A stretch of DNA of 64,000 nucleotides from Flavobacteriales bacterium (GTDB taxonomy: Bacteria; Bacteroidota; Bacteroidia; Flavobacteriales_C; GCA-002722245): assembly GCA_046074525.1 (NCBI GenBank), contig JBJTOK010000052.1:15760-79759 (forward strand), given 5' to 3'. Every line of letters begins with the position of its first letter. Positions within the stretch are counted from its first letter, which is position 1. A program made the translations under genes and the position numbers. Under the pieces are notes generated by a model. The model was not told the DNA's origin and did not search any database. It saw only the letters and a program-made list of their open reading frames with translations. Below are positions 1 to 9,980 of this stretch, piece after piece.

Positions 1-1
1 C

Positions 2-679
2 GATAATCTGGCAAAGAGATATAATGTGAAGCTGGATATTGGCTATGTTCAGGATTCAATAGACAGAGGCACTGCTGTGGAAGAGAAGGGGCTGAATCCA
101 AGCAGAAATACCCTGCAGTCGATCACTCTTCTGGAAAAATTGGAGGAAGGGAAATATGATGCCGCTTTTGGTGGCGGACGAAGAGATGAAGAAAAGGCGC
201 GTGCTAAAGAAAGATTCTTCTCACATCGTGATGAATTCGGTCAGTGGGATCCTAAGAATCAGCGACCGGAACTTTGGAATCTTTTCAACGGAAAAAAGGC
301 ACCAGGCGAGTCTTTCAGGGTGTTCCCTATTAGCAACTGGACGGAAATGGACGTTTGGCAGTACATCAAAAAAGAGAACATCGCTCTGCCAAGCATTTAC
401 TTCTCTCATGAAAGAAATATAGTAAACCGCGGCGGAGTGTTGCTTGCTGAGTCACCTTACAATACCTTGCTTCCGGGCGAGAAATACGAAAAACAAATCA
501 TCCGCTACAGAACTCTGGGTTGTATGACTATCACGGGTGCAATCTTTTCTGATGCGGATACTTTAGATAAAGTCATTGAAGAAGTTGCTGCTGCCCGTGA
601 AACGGAAAGAGGTAACAGGGCTGACGATAAACGTTCGGAAGCGGCAATGGAAGATAGAAAAAAACAGGGGTATTTTTGA
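2..679 (+). CDS. cysD: sulfate adenylyltransferase subunit 2 (CysD), 5'-truncated by window edge
   Basis: The frame is open from base 2. The C-terminal sequence is CysD-like (GGGRRDEEKARAKERFFSHRDEFGQWDPKNQRPELW, FRVFPISNWTEMDVWQYI). The TGA stop at 677-679 lies just before cysN. Confidence 0.9.
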   Translation, partial: DNLAKRYNVKLDIGYVQDSIDRGTAVEEKGLNPSRNTLQSITLLEKLEEGKYDAAFGGGRRDEEKARAKERFFSHRDEFGQWDPKNQRPELWNLFNGKKAPGESFRVFPISNWTEMDVWQYIKKENIALPSIYFSHERNIVNRGGVLLAESPYNTLLPGEKYEKQIIRYRTLGCMTITGAIFSDADTLDKVIEEVAAARETERGNRADDKRSEAAMEDRKKQGYF

Positions 680-702
680 TTTTAGATTTACGATTTTTGA
701 AT

Positions 703-1968
703 ATGGAAACCAAAGGATATTTAGATATGGATTTGCTTCGCTTCACTACTGCAGGTAGTGTTGACGATGGTAAAAGCACACTGATCGGTCGCCTGATGTA
801 CGATACCAAGTCGATCTTTGAAGATCAGTTACAGGCTATTGAAAAATCCAGTGAAAAGAGAGGGGATGAAAACCTCAACCTTGCGCTTTTAACCGATGGT
901 TTGAAAGCAGAGCGAGAGCAGGGGATTACTATTGATGTGGCCTATCGTTATTTCGCTACTCCTAAACGGAAATTCATTATTGCCGATACCCCTGGTCATA
1001 TTCAATATACACGCAACATGGTAACTGGTGCATCTACCGCCAACCTTGCAATTATTTTGATTGATGCCAGAAATGGGATGATAGAGCAAACCTGTCGTCA
1101 CTCCTTCATCGCGTCTTTATTGGGGATCAAGCATATTGTGGTTTGTATCAATAAGATGGATTTGGTGAAATTCGGTCAGGATGCTTTTGAGAAAATAAAG
1201 GCCAGCTACATCGATTTTTCAGCAAAACTGAATGTGCCGGATATTCACTTCATTCCTATCAGTGCGCTGAAGGGTGATAACGTAGTGGATCGTTCTAAAA
1301 ATATGTCTTGGTACACTGGAGCAACGCTGTTGCAAACCTTGGAAAATGTACAGATCATCAGCGATTATAACTTCAATGATGCCCGTTTCCCTGTGCAAAG
1401 AGTAATCCGTCCTCAGTCTGATCAATATCCTGATTTCCGCGGCTTTGCAGGTAGAGTGGAAGGTGGTGTTTTTCGTCCTGGTGATGAGGTGACTATATTG
1501 CCTTCCGGACTCAAAACCAAAATCACCAATATTTATCAGGAAAAAGCGGTATTACAGGAAGCATTTCCCCCGATGTCGGTATGCATTACCCTGGAAAACA
1601 ACATCGATATCAGCCGCGGTGACATGATTGTTAAAAGCGGTAATGAACCTAGGGTAGAGCAGGAGGTGGAGTTGATGATTTGCTGGCTTAACGACAAAAA
1701 AATGACTCCCAAAGGCAAGTACCTGCTTAAGCACACCACCAATGAGGCAAAATGTGTTGTGCGCGAAATTGCCTATAAGATGGACATTAATACCCTGACC
1801 AAGATTGAAGGGGATCTCGATATCAATAAAAATGATATCGCCAAAATCACCCTGAAGTCGGCAAAGCCTTTGTTTATTGATTCATATAAGAAGAACCGCA
1901 CCTCTGGTTGTCTTATTCTGATCGATGAGTTTTCCAATGAGACAGTGGCTGCCGGGATGATCCTATAA
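703..1968 (+). CDS. cysN: sulfate adenylyltransferase subunit 1 (CysN GTPase)
   Basis: GTPase P-loop GSVDDGKSTLIGRL, DTPGH and NKMD motifs, adjacent to cysD. ATG 703 is preferred over the TTG at 676 used by the ORF track. Confidence 0.9.
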   Translation: METKGYLDMDLLRFTTAGSVDDGKSTLIGRLMYDTKSIFEDQLQAIEKSSEKRGDENLNLALLTDGLKAEREQGITIDVAYRYFATPKRKFIIADTPGHIQYTRNMVTGASTANLAIILIDARNGMIEQTCRHSFIASLLGIKHIVVCINKMDLVKFGQDAFEKIKASYIDFSAKLNVPDIHFIPISALKGDNVVDRSKNMSWYTGATLLQTLENVQIISDYNFNDARFPVQRVIRPQSDQYPDFRGFAGRVEGGVFRPGDEVTILPSGLKTKITNIYQEKAVLQEAFPPMSVCITLENNIDISRGDMIVKSGNEPRVEQEVELMICWLNDKKMTPKGKYLLKHTTNEAKCVVREIAYKMDINTLTKIEGDLDINKNDIAKITLKSAKPLFIDSYKKNRTSGCLILIDEFSNETVAAGMIL

Positions 1969-2184
1969 CAACAACCCCAAAATGTTGTTTTAGGTTAAGA
2001 ATATCAGGGATTTAAGATTTTCTGAACTTTATTTTATCTGTTTACGTATCAGTAAAAAGCCATTGGTCGATTAGATCGATTATTTGGTCGAATAGTTTTT
2101 TGATTTTAAACAGAAACTTTTGTAGATTCACCAGTGGGGTGAACTGCTTTTGTTTAAGAAATTATGTGGGATAATTGTCTTAAT

Positions 2185-5100
2185 ATGAAAAAAGTAGGGT
2201 TAATTATATCCTTTCTTGTCTTTACACTTTCGGCTCATGCTATTTACCTGTCTGGTAAGTATACTGGAAATGGTGCGGCAACACAGGCTATCGCTGGTTT
2301 GGGTTTCAAACCTGAAGTGGTGCTTGTTCGACCGGGGTCAACTGCGGGAGGAGCTGGTTCCTGGGTAGCAACCTCATCCATGACCGCCGGTACTGCGAAG
2401 GGACTTTATACTCCTTATGATTTCGCTGCTCCGGCTACCGGATTTATTTCTTCTATTGATGCTGATGGTTTTACAGTTAGCAAAACAAAAGGGTGGTCCA
2501 ATGAGAATGGAGTAACCTACTACTATGTAGCATGGGACGATGCTGATGGAATGATTACTGTAGGTTCTTTTACCCCAAATGAAGCAAACCCAGCATGGAG
2601 TAATGCTACTTGGTATAATGTGGGCGGCAAATGTAGTTTTGGTGGAATTAACTATACGGCAATTGCTGCGGGCTCCAATCATGTGCCACCTGATGCAGCG
2701 TATTGGACAAGTAATGGTGCTCATGCTGCTTTTGGTACCAACATTAATGTAGGTTATATGCCAAAAATGGCTTGGGTACTGGGTGGTGAGGGTACACAGT
2801 GGTACAATTTGTCGCAACCTCAGTTCACTATTGATGGAACCAATTCAAGTACTATTAGTCACTTTTCTCAGGGAAGTAGTTTGGATACTAAAGCTAAAGT
2901 AATGACGGGGCTGACAGCTACAGGTTTTAGTATTAATCCTGTTAATACCTCTACGGCAGTTCATGCGAGTCCAGCGAATGGTGTAAAATATCATTATGTT
3001 ACTTTCCAGTACCACGGTGCAATTGATAATCAGATTTATGCGGGTAATGGAGGTGGATCCACCTTGCAGGTCGTTACGCTACCCAATCCCATATTTGTTA
3101 TGGTTAGAAAAACTGGAGCTACCAGCACAAATGCTTGGATGAAGACATGTGAAATGCCAGCAACAAGTTCATATACTTTTGGAGCAACAGGTCCCGACGC
3201 TACGGCGATAAACGGAATTAATGCCACTGGGTTTACGGTCAATACTCAAGGGGAGGTAAATGGAGGCAGTAACTATGAATTTTTTGTTATGAATGGTGGA
3301 ACTTGCGGTGCAGCGGTTCCTTGTAATTCCGTTGGTGGTTCTATTAGTGCAAGTGCAAATGTTTGTTCAGGATCCAATACCGGAACATTGACTTTATCGG
3401 GACACAATGGATCTATTACAAAATGGCAAAGTTCAACGGATGGGGGAACTACTTGGTCGGATATTGCCAATGTTACCACTTCTCAATCCTATACCAATCT
3501 TGTTGCCACTACAGTTTATAGAGCGGAGGTTAAAGATGGTGCTTGTGCTGCTGCGAACTCTGCAACTGTCACTATCACCGTTGATCCTGTTTCTGTGGGT
3601 GGGGCAGTGACTGCTGACGCAACGGTTTGTTCGGGTTCAAATGGTGCAACTTTAACTTTGGCCGGACACACTGGTACTGTTCAGAAATGGCAAAGCTCTA
3701 CCGACGGCGGAGCCACCTGGAGTGACATTGTAAATACAACAACTTCTCAGGCATACTCTAATATTACTACCACCACTCGCTACAGAGCAGTGGTAAAATC
3801 AGGAACCTGTTCTTCGGCCAACTCCACTGCTGCGGTGATCACTGTGGATCCTGTTTCTGTGGGTGGTACTGTATCGTCAAGCGCAACGGTTTGTTCAGGA
3901 TCGAACGGAGCAACCCTCAACCTCGCCGGACATACAGGAACTGTTACTAAGTGGCAGAGCTCTACCGATGGAGGAAGTACCTGGAGTGACATTGTGAATG
4001 CAACTACTTCACAGGCTTATTTGAATATTGTTACCACTACCCGTTACAGAGCGGTGGTGACATCAGGGGTTTGTGCTGCTGCCAATGCTACTGCTGCCGT
4101 GATTACCGTTGATCCTGTTTCTGTGGGTGGGGCAGTGACTGCTGACGCAACAGTTTGTTCGGGTTCTAACGGTGCAACTTTAACTTTGGCCGGACACACT
4201 GGTACTGTTCAGAAATGGCAAAGCTCTACCGACGGCGGAGCCACCTGGAGTGACATTGTAAATGCAACAACTTCTCAGGCATACTCTAATATTACTACCA
4301 CCACTCGCTACAGAGCAGTGGTAAAATCAGGAACCTGTTCTTCAGCCAACTCCACTGCTGCGGTGATCACTGTGGATCCTGTTTCTGTGGGTGGGGCAGT
4401 CACGGCTGACGCAACAGTTTGTTCGGGTGCTAATGGCGCTACACTCAACCTTGCCGGACATACAGGAACTGTTCAGAAATGGCAAAGCTCAACCGATGCA
4501 GGTTCTACCTGGAGTGATATTGTTAACGCAACCACTTCACAGGCTTATTTGAATATTACTACAACAACCAGATACAGAGCGGTGATAAAATCAGGAGTTT
4601 GTTTTTCGGCTAACTCCACTGCTGCGGTGATCACTGTTGATCCGGTGACCATCGGTGGCGCAGTGACTGCTGATGCAACGGTTTGTTCGGGTGCTAATGG
4701 TGCGACATTGAATCTTGCCGGACATACAGGAACTGTTCAGAAATGGCAGAGCTCTACCGATGCAGGTTCTAGCTGGAGTGATATTGTTAACGCAACCACT
4801 TCACAGGCTTATTTGAATATCGTTACTACCACCCAATACAGGGCTGTTGTGAAATCGGGAGTTTGTCCGGCCGACAATTCTTCTGCAGCTACCATTACTG
4901 TGGATCCGGTGACGGTAGGTGGTGCTGTTACCGCTGATGCAACGGTTTGTTCAGGATCAAACGGCGCTACTTTAAACCTTGCCGGACATACAGGAACTGT
5001 TCAGAAATGGCAAAGCTCAACCGATGCAGGTTCTACCTGGAGCGATATTGTGAATGCAACGGCTTCTCAGGTATACTCTAATATTACCACCACCACCCAG

Positions 5101-7983
5101 TACCGAGCGGTGGTGAAATCCGGTGTTTGTCCGACAGACAATTCTTCTGCAGCCATCATCACTGTTGACCCGGTTTCAGTTGGAGGAACAGTGAGTCAGG
5201 ATGCCACGGTGTGTGAAGGTTCAAACTCAGGAATACTCACTCTTGCCGGTCACACCGGAACAGTAACCAGCTGGGAAAGTTCAACGGATGGATTTACTAC
5301 CACAACTCCGATTGTGAACAATACCACTTCTCAATCTTACAATAATATTACTACAACAACCCAGTACAGAGCGATAGTCACTTCAGGTGTTTGTCCGAGT
5401 GATAATTCCGTTGCAGCAACAATTAATGTTGATCCGATATCAGTAGGTGGAAGCGTTACTGCTGACGATACTGTTTGTTCGGGATCAAACAATGGAACCT
5501 TGAACCTGGCTGGTTATACAGGAACTATTACTGCGTGGGAAATGTCTTCTGATAATTTCGCTACATCAACAGCGATTCCTAATGTAACAGCGGCATTGAC
5601 TTATACCAATGTCACTACTACCCGTCAATACAGAGCGATAGTGAAATCGGGAGTTTGCCCGGAGGACAATTCTTCTTCTGCAACCATCACCGTTGATCCA
5701 GTATCAGTAGGAGGTGCTGTAACCGCCGATGTTACTGTTTGTTCGGGATCGAATACAGGAACTTTGAATCTTGCCGGAAATACAGGAACGGTGATCGGCT
5801 GGGAAAGCTCAGAAGATAATTTCGTAACTACTACGCCTATTGCGAACGTAACTGCATCGAATACTTTCAACAACATTACCGCTACTACTAAGTACAGAGC
5901 AATAGTAACTTCGGGCGTTTGTCCGGCTGACACTTCAGTTGCGGCTACTGTCACTGTTGATCCTGTATCAGTAGGAGGAACAGTGGGCAACGATGCTACA
6001 GTATGTTCAGGATCTAACTCAGGAACATTAAATCTTGTAGGAAATGTAGGGTCGGTAATCGACTGGCACTATTCGGAAGATAATTTTGCTACTGAGGCTG
6101 CTATCGGAAATATTAATCCTTCTTATACATTCAGTGGACTCACCGCTACTACCAAATACAGAGTGATAGTGAAATCCGGTGTTTGTCCGGAAGACACTTC
6201 TTCCTTCGCTACCATTACTGTTGATCCGGTGTCAATAGGAGGTATTGTAAGCAGCGATGCTACAGTTTGTTCAGGAGGCAATGGCGCAACGTTGACGCTT
6301 GCAGGTTATACAGGAACTATCACAGGTTGGGAAAGCTCTGAAGATAATTTATTCTCTACGAAGACAGTGATTCCTAATATTACCGCTTCACAGGCATATA
6401 GCAATCTTACCAAAACCACTTACTACAGAGCTGTGGTGAAATCAGGTATCTGTTCTTCAACTGCTTCAGCGATGGCCACGATCACCGTTGATCCGGTTTC
6501 TGTAGGCGGTGCGGTAACTGCTGACGATACAGTTTGTTCAGGCTCAAATTCAGGGACATTGAATCTGGCCGGACAAGTGGGACTGATTACTGGTTGGGAA
6601 AGATCAGAAGACGGCTTTGTAAGCGATATTCAATCAATGAATAACACAGGTGCTACACAAACTTTCACAAACCTTATCAAAACTACTCAATACAGAGCGG
6701 TAGTGAAATCGGGAGTTTGTGCTCCTTCAAATTCATCAGCTGCCACAATTACAGTGGATCCGGTCTCTGTGGGTGGTGCCGTAACTGCTGATGCAATGAT
6801 TTGTAAAGGCAACAATTCAGGAGCTTTAGTTCTTGCCGGTCACACAGGAAGCATTATGGGCTGGGAAAGTTCAGAGGATGAATTCTTCACCAAGGAATCT
6901 ATCAGCAATAATAATGCTACACAGAATTACAATAATCTGACCATGACCACTAAGTACAGAGCTATCATTAAATCGGGTGTTTGTCCTTCAGTGAATTCAA
7001 GTGCTGCACTTCTGACTATCGATCCTATTACTGTACAGATAGATGATAAGGCTATCTGCGAAGGAAGCAGTACTACTTTTGATGCAGGGGCAGGTTATAC
7101 TACTTATACCTGGACAGGTAAAGGAACAGGTAATGGACAAACCACAACAGCAATAGACGCAGGAACCTATACTATTACAGTAACCGATATTTTAGGTTGT
7201 CCGGCTACTGACGATGCGGTGCTTACTATCAATGCCTTCCCAATGCCTAAGATGGGGCCTGATACATCAATGTGTTTCGGACAATCAGTGGTTTTGGATC
7301 CGCAAACCGCCACCAACCTTAATTATGTGTGGACACCGGGTGCTCAATCTACACCAACTTTGTCGGTAAATGCTACAGGCACCTATTCAGTTACTGTAAG
7401 CGATAATATTGGCTGTTCCAGAAAGGATACCATCTTTGTGCAGGTGCATGCCTTACCTGTGGTGTCTTTAGGAAATGACACTACTATTTGTGATAATGGT
7501 TACGACAGAGTTACACTTCATTTACAGTACAGCGGTGCGAAGCAGTTGCAGTGGAACACCATGGATAAAAATGTGGATTCTATCATCATCGGCGAAACCG
7601 GAACTTACTGGGTAGAGGTAACCGATTCTAATCAGTGTTATATCAAAGAAAGCATTGAGGTGAGCAGATTATGTCCTGATGTGGTTTTGGATTTCCCTGA
7701 TATCATGACTCCAAACGGTGATGGCCACAACGATGAGTTCCAGCCGAAGGAAATTAACGATGTGAATTTTCAGCAGATGATTGCCAATATGGAGAAAATT
7801 AACTTCGTGGTGTACGACAGATGGGGCGTGAAAGTGTACGAATCAGAAAAAGTAATTCCGCGTTGGGATGGTCGCTTCAACGGTGTTGATATGGTTTCCG
7901 GAACTTACTACTGGGTAGTTTTCTATACTAATACAGCTGGTAAGTCTTACGAAGACTCAGGATATGTTACTTTAATAAGATAG
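2185..7983 (+). CDS. giant T9SS (type-B CTD) cell-surface repeat protein / adhesin
   Basis: Signal peptide [19 protein letters not shown]. The N-terminal module is triplicated and carries a CBM5/12-like insert. Fourteen 88-aa repeats follow, then SprB/Ig-like Cys-containing repeats. The C-terminus matches the gliding-motility CTD pattern ([11 protein letters not shown]...[10 protein letters not shown]...WDGRFNG...GTYYWVV). Confidence 0.85.
   Translation: [1932 protein letters not shown]
3320..7030 (+). repeat. 14 in-frame tandem repeats, period 264 bp (88 aa), inside the adhesin CDS
   Basis: The unit [65 protein letters not shown] recurs 14 times. The 5' copies are nearly identical at the DNA level. 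Confidence 0.9.
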
Positions 7984-8007
7984 TCTGTAATAAATTCAAT
8001 ATTTTTA

Positions 8008-8033
8008 AAGCCGCATAAAAGCGGCTTTTTTTA
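8008..8033 (+). terminator. intrinsic terminator after adhesin gene
   Basis: Stem aagccgc / gcggctt with loop ataaaa, followed by a T-run. Confidence 0.7.
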
Positions 8034-8040
8034 TTCTAGA

Positions 8041-9033
8041 ATGAATTCAATAATTAAATACCTGGCCTTAGGTACAGTTTTGTTTTTAGTCGGTTCCTGC
8101 AACTCCTATTCGTCGTCGTCGCACAAAATAGATGGAGGTGCTTATGTGCCGATGGGGGATCACAAAAGAGACCTGAAAACAAAAAATATCATCATTGTGA
8201 TTATTGACGGTCCTCGCTACACCGAAACCTGGGGCGATAGTGCTTTGCGTTATATTCCACACATGTCGAAAGAGTTGTTGCCGCAAGGAGTTTTGTACAG
8301 GAATTTCCAGAACAGCGGTCATACTTTTACCAATGCGGGACATACATCAATTTGTACAGGAGTTGATCAGTACATCAATAATATTGGTGCCGAACTTCCT
8401 GATTATCCTTCTATCTTCCAGTACTACCGACAAAGCAAAAACCCAGATTCTACCAAGAGTTGGGTCATCACTACAAAAGATAAACTTGAAATTCTGTCCA
8501 ATTGCAAAGATGAAGCATGGAAAGGAAAATATCGGCCATCTACCGATTGCGGTAAATCGGGATTGGGTTCGGGCTACCGCACGGATTCTGTAACGATGCA
8601 GCACGTGTTTGAAATCATTAAGCAACATCATCCTAACCTGATTTTGATTAATTTGAAGGAACCCGATTATTCCGGTCATGCCGGCGATTGGGACGGTTAC
8701 CTGAAAGGCATTCAGGCAGGTGATCGTTATGTTTATGAATTGTGGCAGGCAATCCAAAAAGATCCGCAATACAAGGATCAAACGGCCTTATTGGTAACCA
8801 GCGATCATGGTCGCCACCTCGATGGGGTAAAAAGCGGATTCACTAATCATGGTGATGAATGCGAAGGTTGCCGACATATCAATTTGCTGGCACTCGGACC
8901 CGATTTCAAAAAAAATCTGGTACTTGACAGCCTGCGCAATCAAAAAGATATTGCAGCCACAGTAGCGTATATCCTGGGCTTTTCAATGCCTTCTTCTAAA
9001 GGAGAAGTAATGATGGAATTGTTTGCAAAATGA
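8041..9033 (+). CDS. alkaline-phosphatase-superfamily (phosphodiesterase/pyrophosphatase-like) lipoprotein
   Basis: Lipobox LVGSC. AlkP-fold motifs are IIDGPRYTETWG, EPDYSGHAGDW and TSDHGRH. Confidence 0.6.
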   Translation: MNSIIKYLALGTVLFLVGSCNSYSSSSHKIDGGAYVPMGDHKRDLKTKNIIIVIIDGPRYTETWGDSALRYIPHMSKELLPQGVLYRNFQNSGHTFTNAGHTSICTGVDQYINNIGAELPDYPSIFQYYRQSKNPDSTKSWVITTKDKLEILSNCKDEAWKGKYRPSTDCGKSGLGSGYRTDSVTMQHVFEIIKQHHPNLILINLKEPDYSGHAGDWDGYLKGIQAGDRYVYELWQAIQKDPQYKDQTALLVTSDHGRHLDGVKSGFTNHGDECEGCRHINLLALGPDFKKNLVLDSLRNQKDIAATVAYILGFSMPSSKGEVMMELFAK

Positions 9034-9962
9034 ATTTCAGGACAGAATTAAATATCACACCTTCTTCTTTGCAGCTGAATTACGCCGACACACAGGTGTT
9101 TGTTGGTTCCTGTTTTTCGGAAAATATTGGCAAGCCGACAGAAGCTCTCCGTTTCAACACGCTGGTCAATCCTTTTGGTATTGTTTTTAATCCCTTTTCC
9201 ATTTCGAAAAACGTGTTGCGTACCATTGAAAAAAGGGCTTACACCGAAGAGGAGTTAGGTTTTCACAACGGACTCTTTTATAGCTTTGATCACCATTCTT
9301 CTTTTTCCCATGCGGATAAAAATGTTTGTCTGCAAAAGATCAACGAAGCACTTTTCACAGCGCACGAATTTTTGCGGAGAACGAAAGTGCTGTTTATTAC
9401 TTTTGGTTCGGCGTGGGTGTATCTGCATGAAGACAGGGCAGTGGCCAACTGCCATAAAATTCCGAATGGACAATTTAAAAAAGAACTGCTGCAACTGGAA
9501 AATATCGTGTCGTGGTACAATGGTTTGCTACAGCATTTAAAGAAAATCAATCCGCAGATGGTGGTGGTTTTTACAGTAAGTCCTGTGCGTCATCTGAAAG
9601 ATGGTTTTGTGGAGAACCAGCGCAGCAAAGCGATTTTAACAGAAGCAGTGCATCGCATTACAGAGCAAAATAAAAATGCTTTGTATTTCCCGGCCTATGA
9701 ACTGGTGATGGATGATTTGCGCGATTATCGTTTTTTCGGAAAGGATTTGTTGCACTTGAATGAAGTGGGAGTGGAATATGTGTGGGATAAATTTGTATCT
9801 GCTTTTTATTCGGAACACACGCAGGGAATTATGAAGGAAGTGGCGAGTTTGAATGCGTTTTTAAATCATCGCGCGATGAATGAAGAAGAAAAAGTTTTAA
9901 TAGCTAAGAAAGAAAAAGCGGTGGAGGAGTTGAAGAATAAATATCCGTTTTTGCAGTTATAG
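9030..9962 (+). CDS. GSCFA-family protein
   Basis: N-terminal VFVGSCFSENIG motif typical of the GSCFA domain. A 4-bp overlap with the upstream gene suggests coupling. Confidence 0.7.
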   Translation: MNFRTELNITPSSLQLNYADTQVFVGSCFSENIGKPTEALRFNTLVNPFGIVFNPFSISKNVLRTIEKRAYTEEELGFHNGLFYSFDHHSSFSHADKNVCLQKINEALFTAHEFLRRTKVLFITFGSAWVYLHEDRAVANCHKIPNGQFKKELLQLENIVSWYNGLLQHLKKINPQMVVVFTVSPVRHLKDGFVENQRSKAILTEAVHRITEQNKNALYFPAYELVMDDLRDYRFFGKDLLHLNEVGVEYVWDKFVSAFYSEHTQGIMKEVASLNAFLNHRAMNEEEKVLIAKKEKAVEELKNKYPFLQL

Positions 9963-9980
9963 CAGGCAAAATTTTCAATT

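Noticed and set aside
676-702. TTG start at 676 for cysN, as given by the ORF track
   Set aside because: ATG 703 gives the usual short leader before the G1 motif. The extra MILDLRFLN residues overlap the cysD stop and have no counterpart in CysN proteins as I know them. This remains uncertain without an alignment.
5625-5990. Antisense ORFs inside the adhesin repeats (for example 5625-5990, 3780-3992 and 2374-2817 on the minus strand)
   Set aside because: They are by-products of the low-stop, repeat-rich sense sequence. They lack start contexts and family resemblance and lie wholly inside a well-supported CDS.
3320-7030. Regular 264-bp repeats that might be mistaken for a CRISPR-like or satellite array
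   Set aside because: The period is far too long. There are no unique spacers. Every unit is in frame within one long ORF that has a signal peptide and a T9SS CTD, so these are protein-domain repeats.
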